Below the pieces are notes generated by a model. That model ran no database searches. It was given only the letters and a program-made list of their open reading frames with translations, and was not told the DNA's origin. The translations under genes were made by a program, and so were the position numbers. 46,432 nucleotides of DNA from NCBI GenBank assembly GCA_963922935.1, contig CAWUKE010000001.1, positions 1 through 46,432 on the forward strand, given 5' to 3'. This document shows positions 39,265-46,432 of the stretch, in pieces (position 1 is the stretch's first letter; each line of letters begins with the position of its first letter). The stretch comes from an uncultured Alphaproteobacteria bacterium (GTDB lineage: Bacteria > Pseudomonadota > Alphaproteobacteria > Caulobacterales > Maricaulaceae).

Positions 39265-40849
39265 CGCTATGGCGCTGGGCCGAGGATGGACGGCGCGCTT
39301 TATTCTCATCGCCTTGGGCGCTTTCGCCGCGCTTGGCTTTGCGCCTCTCCACATTTGGCCTGCGACAGGGCTGGCCTTGGCCGGATTTTATATGCGGGTC
39401 CGACAGGTTTCGAGCTGGAACAAGCCTGGCCGGGCCGCTTTTGGGACAGGATTGCTGTTTGGGTTGGGATGGTTTTCAGCCAGCTGTTTTTGGATAGCCT
39501 CAGCTTTCATTGAAAGGGGGGAGTCCTTTCTACTGCTGATCCCTCCCTTAGTTGGCGGCCTCGCCGTTGTCTTATCGCTCTTTTGGGGATTTGCCGCAGC
39601 GGCAAGCGCGCGCATTATGCAAGGCCGCCCGGCTTGGGTGGCGCCGATGATCTTTACCGGGATGTTCATGCTGGCGGAACTGGCCCGCGGGCATCTTTTT
39701 TCCGGCTTTCCGTGGAACTTGCCAGGCTATGCTTTCGAACCCGGCGGATGGGCGAGCCAGAGCGTCTGGTGGATCAGCATTTATGGGCTCAGCACACTCT
39801 TCGTAGGGGCAGCGGCTTTGTTTGGTCATGCGCTTATGCAGAGATCGTGGAGGCCTTTTGCAGGAACAGCGATCCTTCTGATCGGGGTGTTCGCTTATGG
39901 CGGCATCCGCCTGTCAGGTGCGCCAGAGCCGGGTCGTGCTGAAATTCAGCCGGGCATTGTGCTGCGCCTCGTCAATGTTCCGTTTCGACAAAGTGATAAG
40001 CTGGACCGCGAAAAAAGTTTTCGCATCGTGGATCAGTTTCTGGCCACCTCGCTACAGCCGGGCGTCGAAGATGTGACCCATATTGTCTGGCCGGAAGGGG
40101 CGGTTACGGGCTTGGCCATAGACGATATATTTCTGCTGCGAACCATGGGGCAGAGCTTAGCCCGAATTGATGATACGCCCCCAATTTGGTTGATGAATTC
40201 TTTGCGTTTGGAAATCTCGCCGGATCCTCGCACAGGGGCGCCAAAGCCAGCTTATTATAATAGTTCTGTCGCTGTCAGCTTCGACGCGTCGGGAAATCCG
40301 GCTATCGCTGCAACAGATGATAAGCAGAAACTCGTGCCGTTTGGCGAATTCATTCCCGGCGGGGAAATTGTTGAAACCTTAGGCGCGCGCCTCGTCTCAA
40401 CCGCTTTGGGGAGCATTACCGGTGCCAAAGAGAAAAGGGTGACGCGATTTCCGGGCCTGCCACCTTTATCGGCACAAATCTGCTTTGAGGTCGTGTTTCC
40501 AGGTCTGACGCCACGATCAGATGTGCAGCCTGAGTTTATCCTTAATCAAAGCAATGATGCGTGGTTTGGGGACACGGTGGGCCCCTCCCAACATGCTGCG
40601 ATTGCCCGGTATCGCAGTATTGAAGAAGGCCTCCCCATGGTGCGCTCTGCGGCCAATGGGGTGACAGGAATAATCGATCCCTATGGTCGGTTAACTGTAA
40701 AAATTGCAAGAGATCGCATATCCTATATTGATACAACTGTCCCTAAGCCACTGAAAAAAAACAAATCTACGCGTTTATCGATCTTTTTTGTTGGCTTGCT
40801 AAATTTGGCATTCATCGTAATAAGTGTGGCTATCGGCCGCGCACACTAG
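39257..40849 (+). CDS. lnt: apolipoprotein N-acyltransferase
   Basis: GFPWN, VWPE, KQKLVPFGEFIP, ICFE, NQSNDAWFG and RSAANG motifs. Confidence 0.95.
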   Translation: MTNAMALGRGWTARFILIALGAFAALGFAPLHIWPATGLALAGFYMRVRQVSSWNKPGRAAFGTGLLFGLGWFSASCFWIASAFIERGESFLLLIPPLVGGLAVVLSLFWGFAAAASARIMQGRPAWVAPMIFTGMFMLAELARGHLFSGFPWNLPGYAFEPGGWASQSVWWISIYGLSTLFVGAAALFGHALMQRSWRPFAGTAILLIGVFAYGGIRLSGAPEPGRAEIQPGIVLRLVNVPFRQSDKLDREKSFRIVDQFLATSLQPGVEDVTHIVWPEGAVTGLAIDDIFLLRTMGQSLARIDDTPPIWLMNSLRLEISPDPRTGAPKPAYYNSSVAVSFDASGNPAIAATDDKQKLVPFGEFIPGGEIVETLGARLVSTALGSITGAKEKRVTRFPGLPPLSAQICFEVVFPGLTPRSDVQPEFILNQSNDAWFGDTVGPSQHAAIARYRSIEEGLPMVRSAANGVTGIIDPYGRLTVKIARDRISYIDTTVPKPLKKNKSTRLSIFFVGLLNLAFIVISVAIGRAH

Positions 40850-40986
40850 GTTCTTGATATCGTGGGGATTCAAGAATTTGCGGTTTTAACTCATGTTTGC
40901 CTCAAATTTTAAGGCAAACGAACCGTTCACGACCACGGTGGGGGCACCAAAGCGCCGAGGACGGCTAATAAAAACGGGATGAGAGA

Positions 40987-41415
40987 ATGATCAATAAACA
41001 TGCGCCGCGTTCGGCCAATCCGGTCGACGTTCATGTTGGCGCGCGCATACGCCTTCGCCGACAGGTTTTAAAAATGAGCCAAGAGCGTCTTGGCGAACAA
41101 TTAGGTGTCACCTTTCAGCAGGTCCAAAAATATGAACGCGGGGCCAACCGCGTCGGGGCTTCGCGTCTGTGGCGCCTCAGCCAAGTCTTGGATGTGCCGA
41201 TAAGCTTCTTCTTTGAAGGCCTAACGGCGGAAATTGAAGCGGGTGAGTTCGCGGATAATGACCAGATGCCGATCGTCTATGATTTCATCAATAGTTCAGA
41301 TGGTGTCGCGCTCGCCAAAGCGGTGAGCCAGATCAAAAACAAAGCGGTCCGCCGTCAGATTTTAGAACTGGCCCGGTCCTTGGCCAAAGATAGCGCTGCG
41401 AAGGATGCAGATTAA
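40987..41415 (+). CDS. XRE-family HTH transcriptional regulator
   Basis: NPVDVHVGARIRLRR...SQE.LG..LGVTFQQVQKYERGANR; conserved position after lnt. Confidence 0.93.
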   Translation: MINKHAPRSANPVDVHVGARIRLRRQVLKMSQERLGEQLGVTFQQVQKYERGANRVGASRLWRLSQVLDVPISFFFEGLTAEIEAGEFADNDQMPIVYDFINSSDGVALAKAVSQIKNKAVRRQILELARSLAKDSAAKDAD

Positions 41416-41528
41416 CGCCTGCGAGGCGATATTATCCTGGGCCAGCTGCTGCTGATCTCGGCTTAAGAGACGGGTTACATTATCCTTCAGCTTGCCCTCA
41501 TTCGGCTGGCGGATTAGGGCGTCGCGCC

Positions 41529-42185
41529 ATGAGCTACACCAGAGAACAGGATATGTTCAGGACGTTCGGCCGTGCCAAAGGCCGGACCCTGTCCCCTGCG
41601 CAAGAAGCGCGCATGGTCGACCATTGGCCGCGGCTGGAAATTACGCCGGGTGCGCCCCTGCCGCCTGCGCCTCGCTGGCTGGAGATCGGGTATGGGACGG
41701 GCACGCATCTATTGCACCTGGCGCAAGCTAATCCAGATGTGTCGATCATCGGGGCAGAGCCATTCTTGAATGGCACGGCGAAAGCCGTTCGGGGTATCGT
41801 TGAAAATGATTATGAGAATGTGTGCCTGTTTCGTGGCGACGTCCGCGAACTTATGGCGGAATGGCCGGACGCCTGCTTGCAGCGCGCCTTCATTCTCTTT
41901 CCCGACCCTTGGCCGAAAGCGCGGCATAATAAGCGTCGTCTTATCCGGTCAGCTTTTGTTGCGGAGCTGCACCGTTTGATCGCCCCCGGCGGGGATGTGA
42001 CCTTTGCCTCTGATATTGACCACTATGTGGATTGGGCATTGATACGCTTCCGTTCGCATGGCGGGTGGCGGTGGGATGAGGCGGAGCCCACGGACCCACC
42101 GCAAGGCTGGCCCGGCACAAAATACGAAGCCAAAGCCCGTCGTGAAGGCCGTACGCCGCGTTGGTTCCGATTTGTGAAAGTGTGA
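41529..42185 (+). CDS. trmB: tRNA (guanine-N7)-methyltransferase
   Basis: LEIGYGTG, GAEPFLNG, FPDPWPKARHNKRR, ASD and TKYEAKA motifs. Confidence 0.95.
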   Translation: MSYTREQDMFRTFGRAKGRTLSPAQEARMVDHWPRLEITPGAPLPPAPRWLEIGYGTGTHLLHLAQANPDVSIIGAEPFLNGTAKAVRGIVENDYENVCLFRGDVRELMAEWPDACLQRAFILFPDPWPKARHNKRRLIRSAFVAELHRLIAPGGDVTFASDIDHYVDWALIRFRSHGGWRWDEAEPTDPPQGWPGTKYEAKARREGRTPRWFRFVKV

Positions 42186-42261
42186 GACGAAGACTTGCGA
42201 GGAAACGCAATCGGGACTAAGTAAGCCCAGAAATCGCCGGTTCTGGCAGTTGCCAGCCAGG

Positions 42262-42294
42262 CGGCCCCCGGAAACGGCGGGCCGTTTTTTGTTT
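42262..42294 (+). terminator. intrinsic terminator/attenuator in the rimP leader
   Basis: CGGCCC-CCG-GAAA-CGG-C-GGGCCG stem followed by TTTTTTGTTT; promoter-like TTGCGA-N17-TAAGTA at 42195-42223. Confidence 0.75.
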
Positions 42295-42316
42295 GGTGGA
42301 TTAGGGAAAGACCCCT

Positions 42317-42865
42317 CTGAAGACAAAGACACATACTGATGAGCGTGTTTTGGCGCTCGCTGATCCTATCGCCGAAGACTTAGGCCTTCGGATCGTGCGC
42401 GTGCGCGTGATGGCGGGTAAGCGCAAGACCGTGCAGATCATGGCCGAGCGTGTTTCTGACGGCCTGATGGGTATAGAGAATTGTGAAGCTCTATCCCGTG
42501 AGCTGTCATCCGCGATGGAAGTCGAAGACCCGATTGAGGACGCTTATGTTCTTGAGGTCTCTAGCCCGGGCATAGACCGTCCGCTGACGAGCTTGCGGGA
42601 CTTTGACCACTATACAGGATATCTGGCGCGGATTGAGCTGGACCGTCTGGTCGAGGGCCGCAAACGCTTTCGCGGCGTGCTGGCTGGGGTTGAAGACGGT
42701 CATGTCGATATCAACTTGGACGGCGAAACGGACAGCACAGCATCAATCCCATTTGAGTGGATTGCTGAGTCCAAATTGCTGATCACTGACGAATTGATTG
42801 CTGAAGGCCAGAAGGCCAAAGACGCGGCGCTAAAAGCCGCGCAGGACAACCAAGAAGAGGAGTAG
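42317..42865 (+). CDS. rimp: ribosome maturation factor RimP (probable CTG start)
   Basis: LEVSSPGIDRPL and GRKRFRG motifs. The frame is open upstream of TTG 42350 to CTG 42317, behind AGGGAAAG, with an in-frame TAG at 42302. Confidence 0.93.
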   Translation: MKTKTHTDERVLALADPIAEDLGLRIVRVRVMAGKRKTVQIMAERVSDGLMGIENCEALSRELSSAMEVEDPIEDAYVLEVSSPGIDRPLTSLRDFDHYTGYLARIELDRLVEGRKRFRGVLAGVEDGHVDINLDGETDSTASIPFEWIAESKLLITDELIAEGQKAKDAALKAAQDNQEEE

Positions 42866-42869
42866 CGCC

Positions 42870-44561
42870 ATGGGTATTGCCGGCGTTTCCGCAAACAAGC
42901 TGGAATGGCTTCAAATCGCGAAATCGGTCGCGGAAGAAAAAGCCATTGATAAGTCTATCGTGCTGCGCGCGATTGAAGAGGCGTTCGAACGCGCGGCTAA
43001 GATGCGCTACGGCGCAGAATTAGATATTCGCGCGCATCTACATCCCGAAACGGGTGAGATGTCGCTCAAGCGTGTGATGACGGTCGTGGCGGACGATATG
43101 GTCGATGAACCCCAAGCGCAGATTGGTGTCTCTACAGCGCAAATGGATGATCCTGAGGCACAAATCGGTACAGAGTTGTCGACGCCACTGCCGATGATTG
43201 AGCCCAGCCGCGTTCAGACTCATCTGGCGAAGCAAGTGATTACCCAAAAGACCCGCGAAGCTGAGCGCGCGCGTCAATATGAAGAGTTCAAAGACCGCAT
43301 CGGTGAAATCATTACCGGGATCGTCAAGCGCGTTGAATATGGTCATATCATTGTTGACCTGGGCCGTGCCGAAGCTGTGATCCGCCGCGATCAGACCTTG
43401 CCCCGTGAAAATGTAAAGCCGGGCGATCGAATCCGCGCTTACATCATGGACGTCCGCGAGGAGCCGCGCGGGTCACAGATTTTCCTTTCCCGCGCCCACC
43501 CACAATTTATGGCGCAGCTTTTTGCGCAGGAAGTGCCGGAAGTTTACGATGGAGTGATCCAGATTGTTGCTGTTGCTCGTGATCCGGGCAGCCGTGCCAA
43601 AATCGCTGTCTACTCCAATGATAGCTCGATTGACCCTGTCGGTGCTTGTGTGGGTATGCGAGGCTCGCGCGTGCAGGCCGTTGTGAATGAACTGCAAGGC
43701 GAACGCATCGACATTATTCCTTACACAGAAGACCTCGGGTCTTTCATCGTGCAGGCCTTGCAGCCGGCAACCGTGACCAAAGTGGTCATCATCGAAGAAG
43801 ATGAGCGGATCGAGGTCGTTGTGCCGGAAGATCAGCTGAGCCTTGCCATTGGTCGTCGCGGACAAAATGTGCGTCTCGCGTCCCAACTGTCCGGTTGGAA
43901 CCTGGATATCCTGACCGAAGAGCAGGAAAGCGAGCGGCGTCAGCAAGAATTCCGCGAGCGTTCCGAGCTGTTCATGACCGGTCTCGATGTCGATGAAATG
44001 GTCGCCCAGCTTCTGGTCTCAGAAGGTTTTGAGACAATGGAAGAGGTCGGCTATGTCGAACTCGAAGAGCTGTCTTCCATTGAAGGCTTTGACGAAGAAA
44101 CCGCCCAAGAGTTGCAAACCCGTGCCCGGGAATATCTGGAGCGCATCGCCGCAGAGCAAAATGCTAAGCGGATTGAACTCGGCGTTGAAGACGGCGTTCT
44201 GGAAGTCGAAGGCATCACCTTGCCTATGGCGGTCATCTTTGGCGAAAATGAAATCCAGACGGTTGAAGATGTGGCGGGTCTCGTCCCTGATGACCTGACA
44301 GGCTACGTTGAGTTCAAAGACGGCGAGAAAATCCGCGAGCCCGGTCTCTTTGAAGGGATGAAGTTCTCGTCCGAAGATGCCACGGACCTCATCATGCGCG
44401 CCCGCGTGCATGCGGGCTGGATCAGCGAAGAAGATCTCTATCCGGCAGCTGAAGAGGGCGAAGAGGCGGAAGGCGCAGCGACCGAAGACTATGTCGCGCC
44501 GGAAACGGCTCGCGAAGCGGCGGATGCGCTCTTTACCAACAGCGAAGGACAAGGCGCATAA
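42870..44561 (+). CDS. nusA: transcription termination factor NusA
   Basis: AKQVITQK.REAER, S1 and KH domains, ARDPGSRAKIAV, DPVGACVGMRGSRV and LAIGRRGQNVRLA motifs. Confidence 0.98.
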   Translation: MGIAGVSANKLEWLQIAKSVAEEKAIDKSIVLRAIEEAFERAAKMRYGAELDIRAHLHPETGEMSLKRVMTVVADDMVDEPQAQIGVSTAQMDDPEAQIGTELSTPLPMIEPSRVQTHLAKQVITQKTREAERARQYEEFKDRIGEIITGIVKRVEYGHIIVDLGRAEAVIRRDQTLPRENVKPGDRIRAYIMDVREEPRGSQIFLSRAHPQFMAQLFAQEVPEVYDGVIQIVAVARDPGSRAKIAVYSNDSSIDPVGACVGMRGSRVQAVVNELQGERIDIIPYTEDLGSFIVQALQPATVTKVVIIEEDERIEVVVPEDQLSLAIGRRGQNVRLASQLSGWNLDILTEEQESERRQQEFRERSELFMTGLDVDEMVAQLLVSEGFETMEEVGYVELEELSSIEGFDEETAQELQTRAREYLERIAAEQNAKRIELGVEDGVLEVEGITLPMAVIFGENEIQTVEDVAGLVPDDLTGYVEFKDGEKIREPGLFEGMKFSSEDATDLIMRARVHAGWISEEDLYPAAEEGEEAEGAATEDYVAPETAREAADALFTNSEGQGA

Positions 44562-44581
44562 TGCGCCTCTGATCTGACCGG

Positions 44582-45298
44582 TTGAGCGCCGAGTCCGACA
44601 TCGTTGAAGACAAGCGCGGCCACAAGCCGCGCGAACGTCGCTGCATGGCCAGCGGGGAAACTCGCGATCCTGACGTCATGGTTCGCTATGTCCTATCGCC
44701 TGACGGTGAGGTTGTAGCGGATGTGTTTGGTAAGCTGCCTGGCCGTGGCGTTTGGGTCAGTGCGGATGAGGCCTCTCTGCGTAAGGCTGTGAAAACAGGC
44801 GGCTTTGCCCGCGGTTTCAAAGCCAAAGTCAAACCTGACGCTGACGCGCTGGTGGTGCAAACGCGTGACGGACTTCGTCGACAGATGCTCCGTCATCTCA
44901 CCATGGCGCGCAAAGCTGGACGGCTGGCTTTTGGCGAAGTCGGCGTTCGTGAAGCGGCCGCCCGCGGCGATGTGGCTTTGCGGATCGAGGCGTCTGACGG
45001 CGCCGATAGAGGCCGTGGCAAGCTTCGTACCCTCAGCCTCGCCACAGCCCGGGAACTGGATCGACCTGATCCTCTGGCCATTGGGGCGTTTAGCGCGGTG
45101 GAGATTGGCGAGGCGTTAGGGCGCGAACCCGTTGTGCATGCGGCTATTCTATTCGGGCCGATGGTCGCGCAGATCAAACAAGCGGCGCAGCGCCTTGCCG
45201 GCTTTACGCCGCTTATTCCGCCCGATTGGCCTGATGCGAAACACGAGCCGAGCTGGCCGGACCGGAAAGGCCCTGAAGCTCGCAGTGGACCGAGTTAA
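44582..45298 (+). CDS. YlxR/DUF448 RNA-binding protein with an L7Ae-like C-terminal domain
   Basis: RERRCMASG, KLPGRGVWV, ARKAG and ALGREPVVHAA motifs; located between nusA and infB. Confidence 0.88.
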   Translation: MSAESDIVEDKRGHKPRERRCMASGETRDPDVMVRYVLSPDGEVVADVFGKLPGRGVWVSADEASLRKAVKTGGFARGFKAKVKPDADALVVQTRDGLRRQMLRHLTMARKAGRLAFGEVGVREAAARGDVALRIEASDGADRGRGKLRTLSLATARELDRPDPLAIGAFSAVEIGEALGREPVVHAAILFGPMVAQIKQAAQRLAGFTPLIPPDWPDAKHEPSWPDRKGPEARSGPS

Positions 45299-45434
45299 AA
45301 TCAATATGAAGGCCCCAACCGTGAAGCGCGGTTGAAAAAATGGCCCAAATTGCTAGGTTGTGCGCTCTATTGGATGGGTCGCAAATTCTGGCGCACCGGG
45401 CGACCCAAACGATACGACGACTGAAAGACGATTG

Positions 45435-46432
45435 ATGAGCGATAATAATAACAGACCCCGCCGACCCGGCGGACGCCCCGGTGGCCCCACACGCGGCCCA
45501 CGCCGGAGTGCGCCTTCTGCTGTGGTGGTGGAAAAGAAGAAGAAGCGCTTGGTGAAAAAACCCGGCGCTGGGGGTGCAGCGTCGGGCAGCGCCAAACCCA
45601 AGATTTCACTCAAGCCACGCGGCACAGCGGGCGCGCCAGCACCGAAGCCAGCACCCAAGCCGGCTCCAGCCCCTAAGCCGACGCCCGCTCCGGCTGCGAA
45701 AGCGCCTCAGGTAGCGTCTATTCCTGTGCCGGAAGATGCCGCGCAACGCCGTGCGCCGCAGGCGGCTGACGTGCCCACCGCGAAAAAAGCGCCAACCCTG
45801 GCACCGCCCGTAAAAGCCGCTACCCCTGCGCCGAAACCTAAGGCCGAGCCTAAACCTGCCGCGAAATCCTCTGCGCCCGCTAAAATGAGCGAAGAGCAGA
45901 TCGTTGCAGCGGCCAAGCAGCAAGGCATCTCTGTTGCAGAATTTAAGGTTCGGATGGAGGCTGTTGCAAAAGCGCAGGCTCAGGCGGCTGAACGTGAAGC
46001 CAAGCGTCGTGCCGAGCGCGAAGCGATGGAAGCCCGCATGCGTGAAGAGCAGGAAATGCTTCAAGCCCGCAAAAAGGCCGAAGAAGAGGCGGAACTCCGT
46101 CGTCTTGAAGAAGCCGAGGAAGAGCGCCGCCGCAAAGAAGCCGAAGAGCAAGAGCGCTTGCAGCGTAAATCTGTTGGGTCTCCGCTGGAGCGCGGCAAAC
46201 CTGAGTCAGAGATGACGGAGCTGGAAAAGGCCGGCGGTCGCATCAAGAAAAAGCGCAACACGCCGCCGCCAACGCGCTCCAAAGGTGAGCAGAAGCGTCG
46301 TCGTGGTAAGCTGACAATCGTTTCTGCCCTGTCTGATAATGAAGATCGTCAGCGCTCGCTCGCTGCGGTGAAGCGGAAGCGTGAACGCGAACGTCAACGC
46401 CGTATGGGTGGGTCTGGCTCGCGTGAAAAAGT
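45435..46432 (+). CDS. infB: translation initiation factor IF-2, N-terminal part (runs off the window)
   Basis: Open frame from ATG 45435: MSDNNNRP...VVVEKKKKR...Pro/Ala/Lys linker...E/R-rich helix...RRRGKLTIVSAL...RQRSLAAVKRKRERE; position after nusA-ylxR. Confidence 0.9.
   Translation, partial: MSDNNNRPRRPGGRPGGPTRGPRRSAPSAVVVEKKKKRLVKKPGAGGAASGSAKPKISLKPRGTAGAPAPKPAPKPAPAPKPTPAPAAKAPQVASIPVPEDAAQRRAPQAADVPTAKKAPTLAPPVKAATPAPKPKAEPKPAAKSSAPAKMSEEQIVAAAKQQGISVAEFKVRMEAVAKAQAQAAEREAKRRAEREAMEARMREEQEMLQARKKAEEEAELRRLEEAEEERRRKEAEEQERLQRKSVGSPLERGKPESEMTELEKAGGRIKKKRNTPPPTRSKGEQKRRRGKLTIVSALSDNEDRQRSLAAVKRKRERERQRRMGGSGSREK

Noticed and set aside
45625-45700. Short tandem-like DNA repeats (GCACCGAAGCCAGCACCCAAGCC...)
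   Set aside because: They encode the Pro/Ala/Lys linker of IF2; there is no repeat-spacer periodicity, so not CRISPR
45353-46397. Minus-strand and alternate-frame ORFs at the window end
   Set aside because: Shadows of infB, which is missing from the track only because it has no stop within the window

Overview
This is a chromosomal window from an alphaproteobacterium. Gene content and order look Caulobacterales/Maricaulales-like, which is an inference. It has three blocks. (1) 1-24151 is a surface-polysaccharide region: rfbB/rfbA, galE, a DegT aminotransferase, glmS, manC, an AGE-family isomerase, gmd and a degenerate HAD-UbiA fusion. It contains an accessory sub-cluster (~3643-16255) with a probable UDP-L-QuiNAc pathway, a Wzm/Wzt exporter, glycosyltransferases, a TylF-type O-methyltransferase with a long N-terminal extension, and two adjacent hypothetical proteins with related Lys/Arg-rich tails. 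(2) 24234-33247 is an uptake/catabolic cluster of unknown substrate: a Na+/solute symporter, a TonB-dependent receptor, two SnoaL/ester-cyclase proteins, a cupin, an SDR and an amidohydrolase. Two of its promoter regions share a 19-bp motif. (3) 33250-46432 is core genome: a perfect parS site, a 105-nt densely structured element next to 6S RNA, zapA/DUF4164, gap-pgk-fba, ybeY-corC-lnt, an XRE regulator, trmB, and rimP-nusA-ylxR-infB (partial). I found no rRNA, tRNA, CRISPR array, transposase or integrase. All calls come from reading motifs by eye; no database searches were run.
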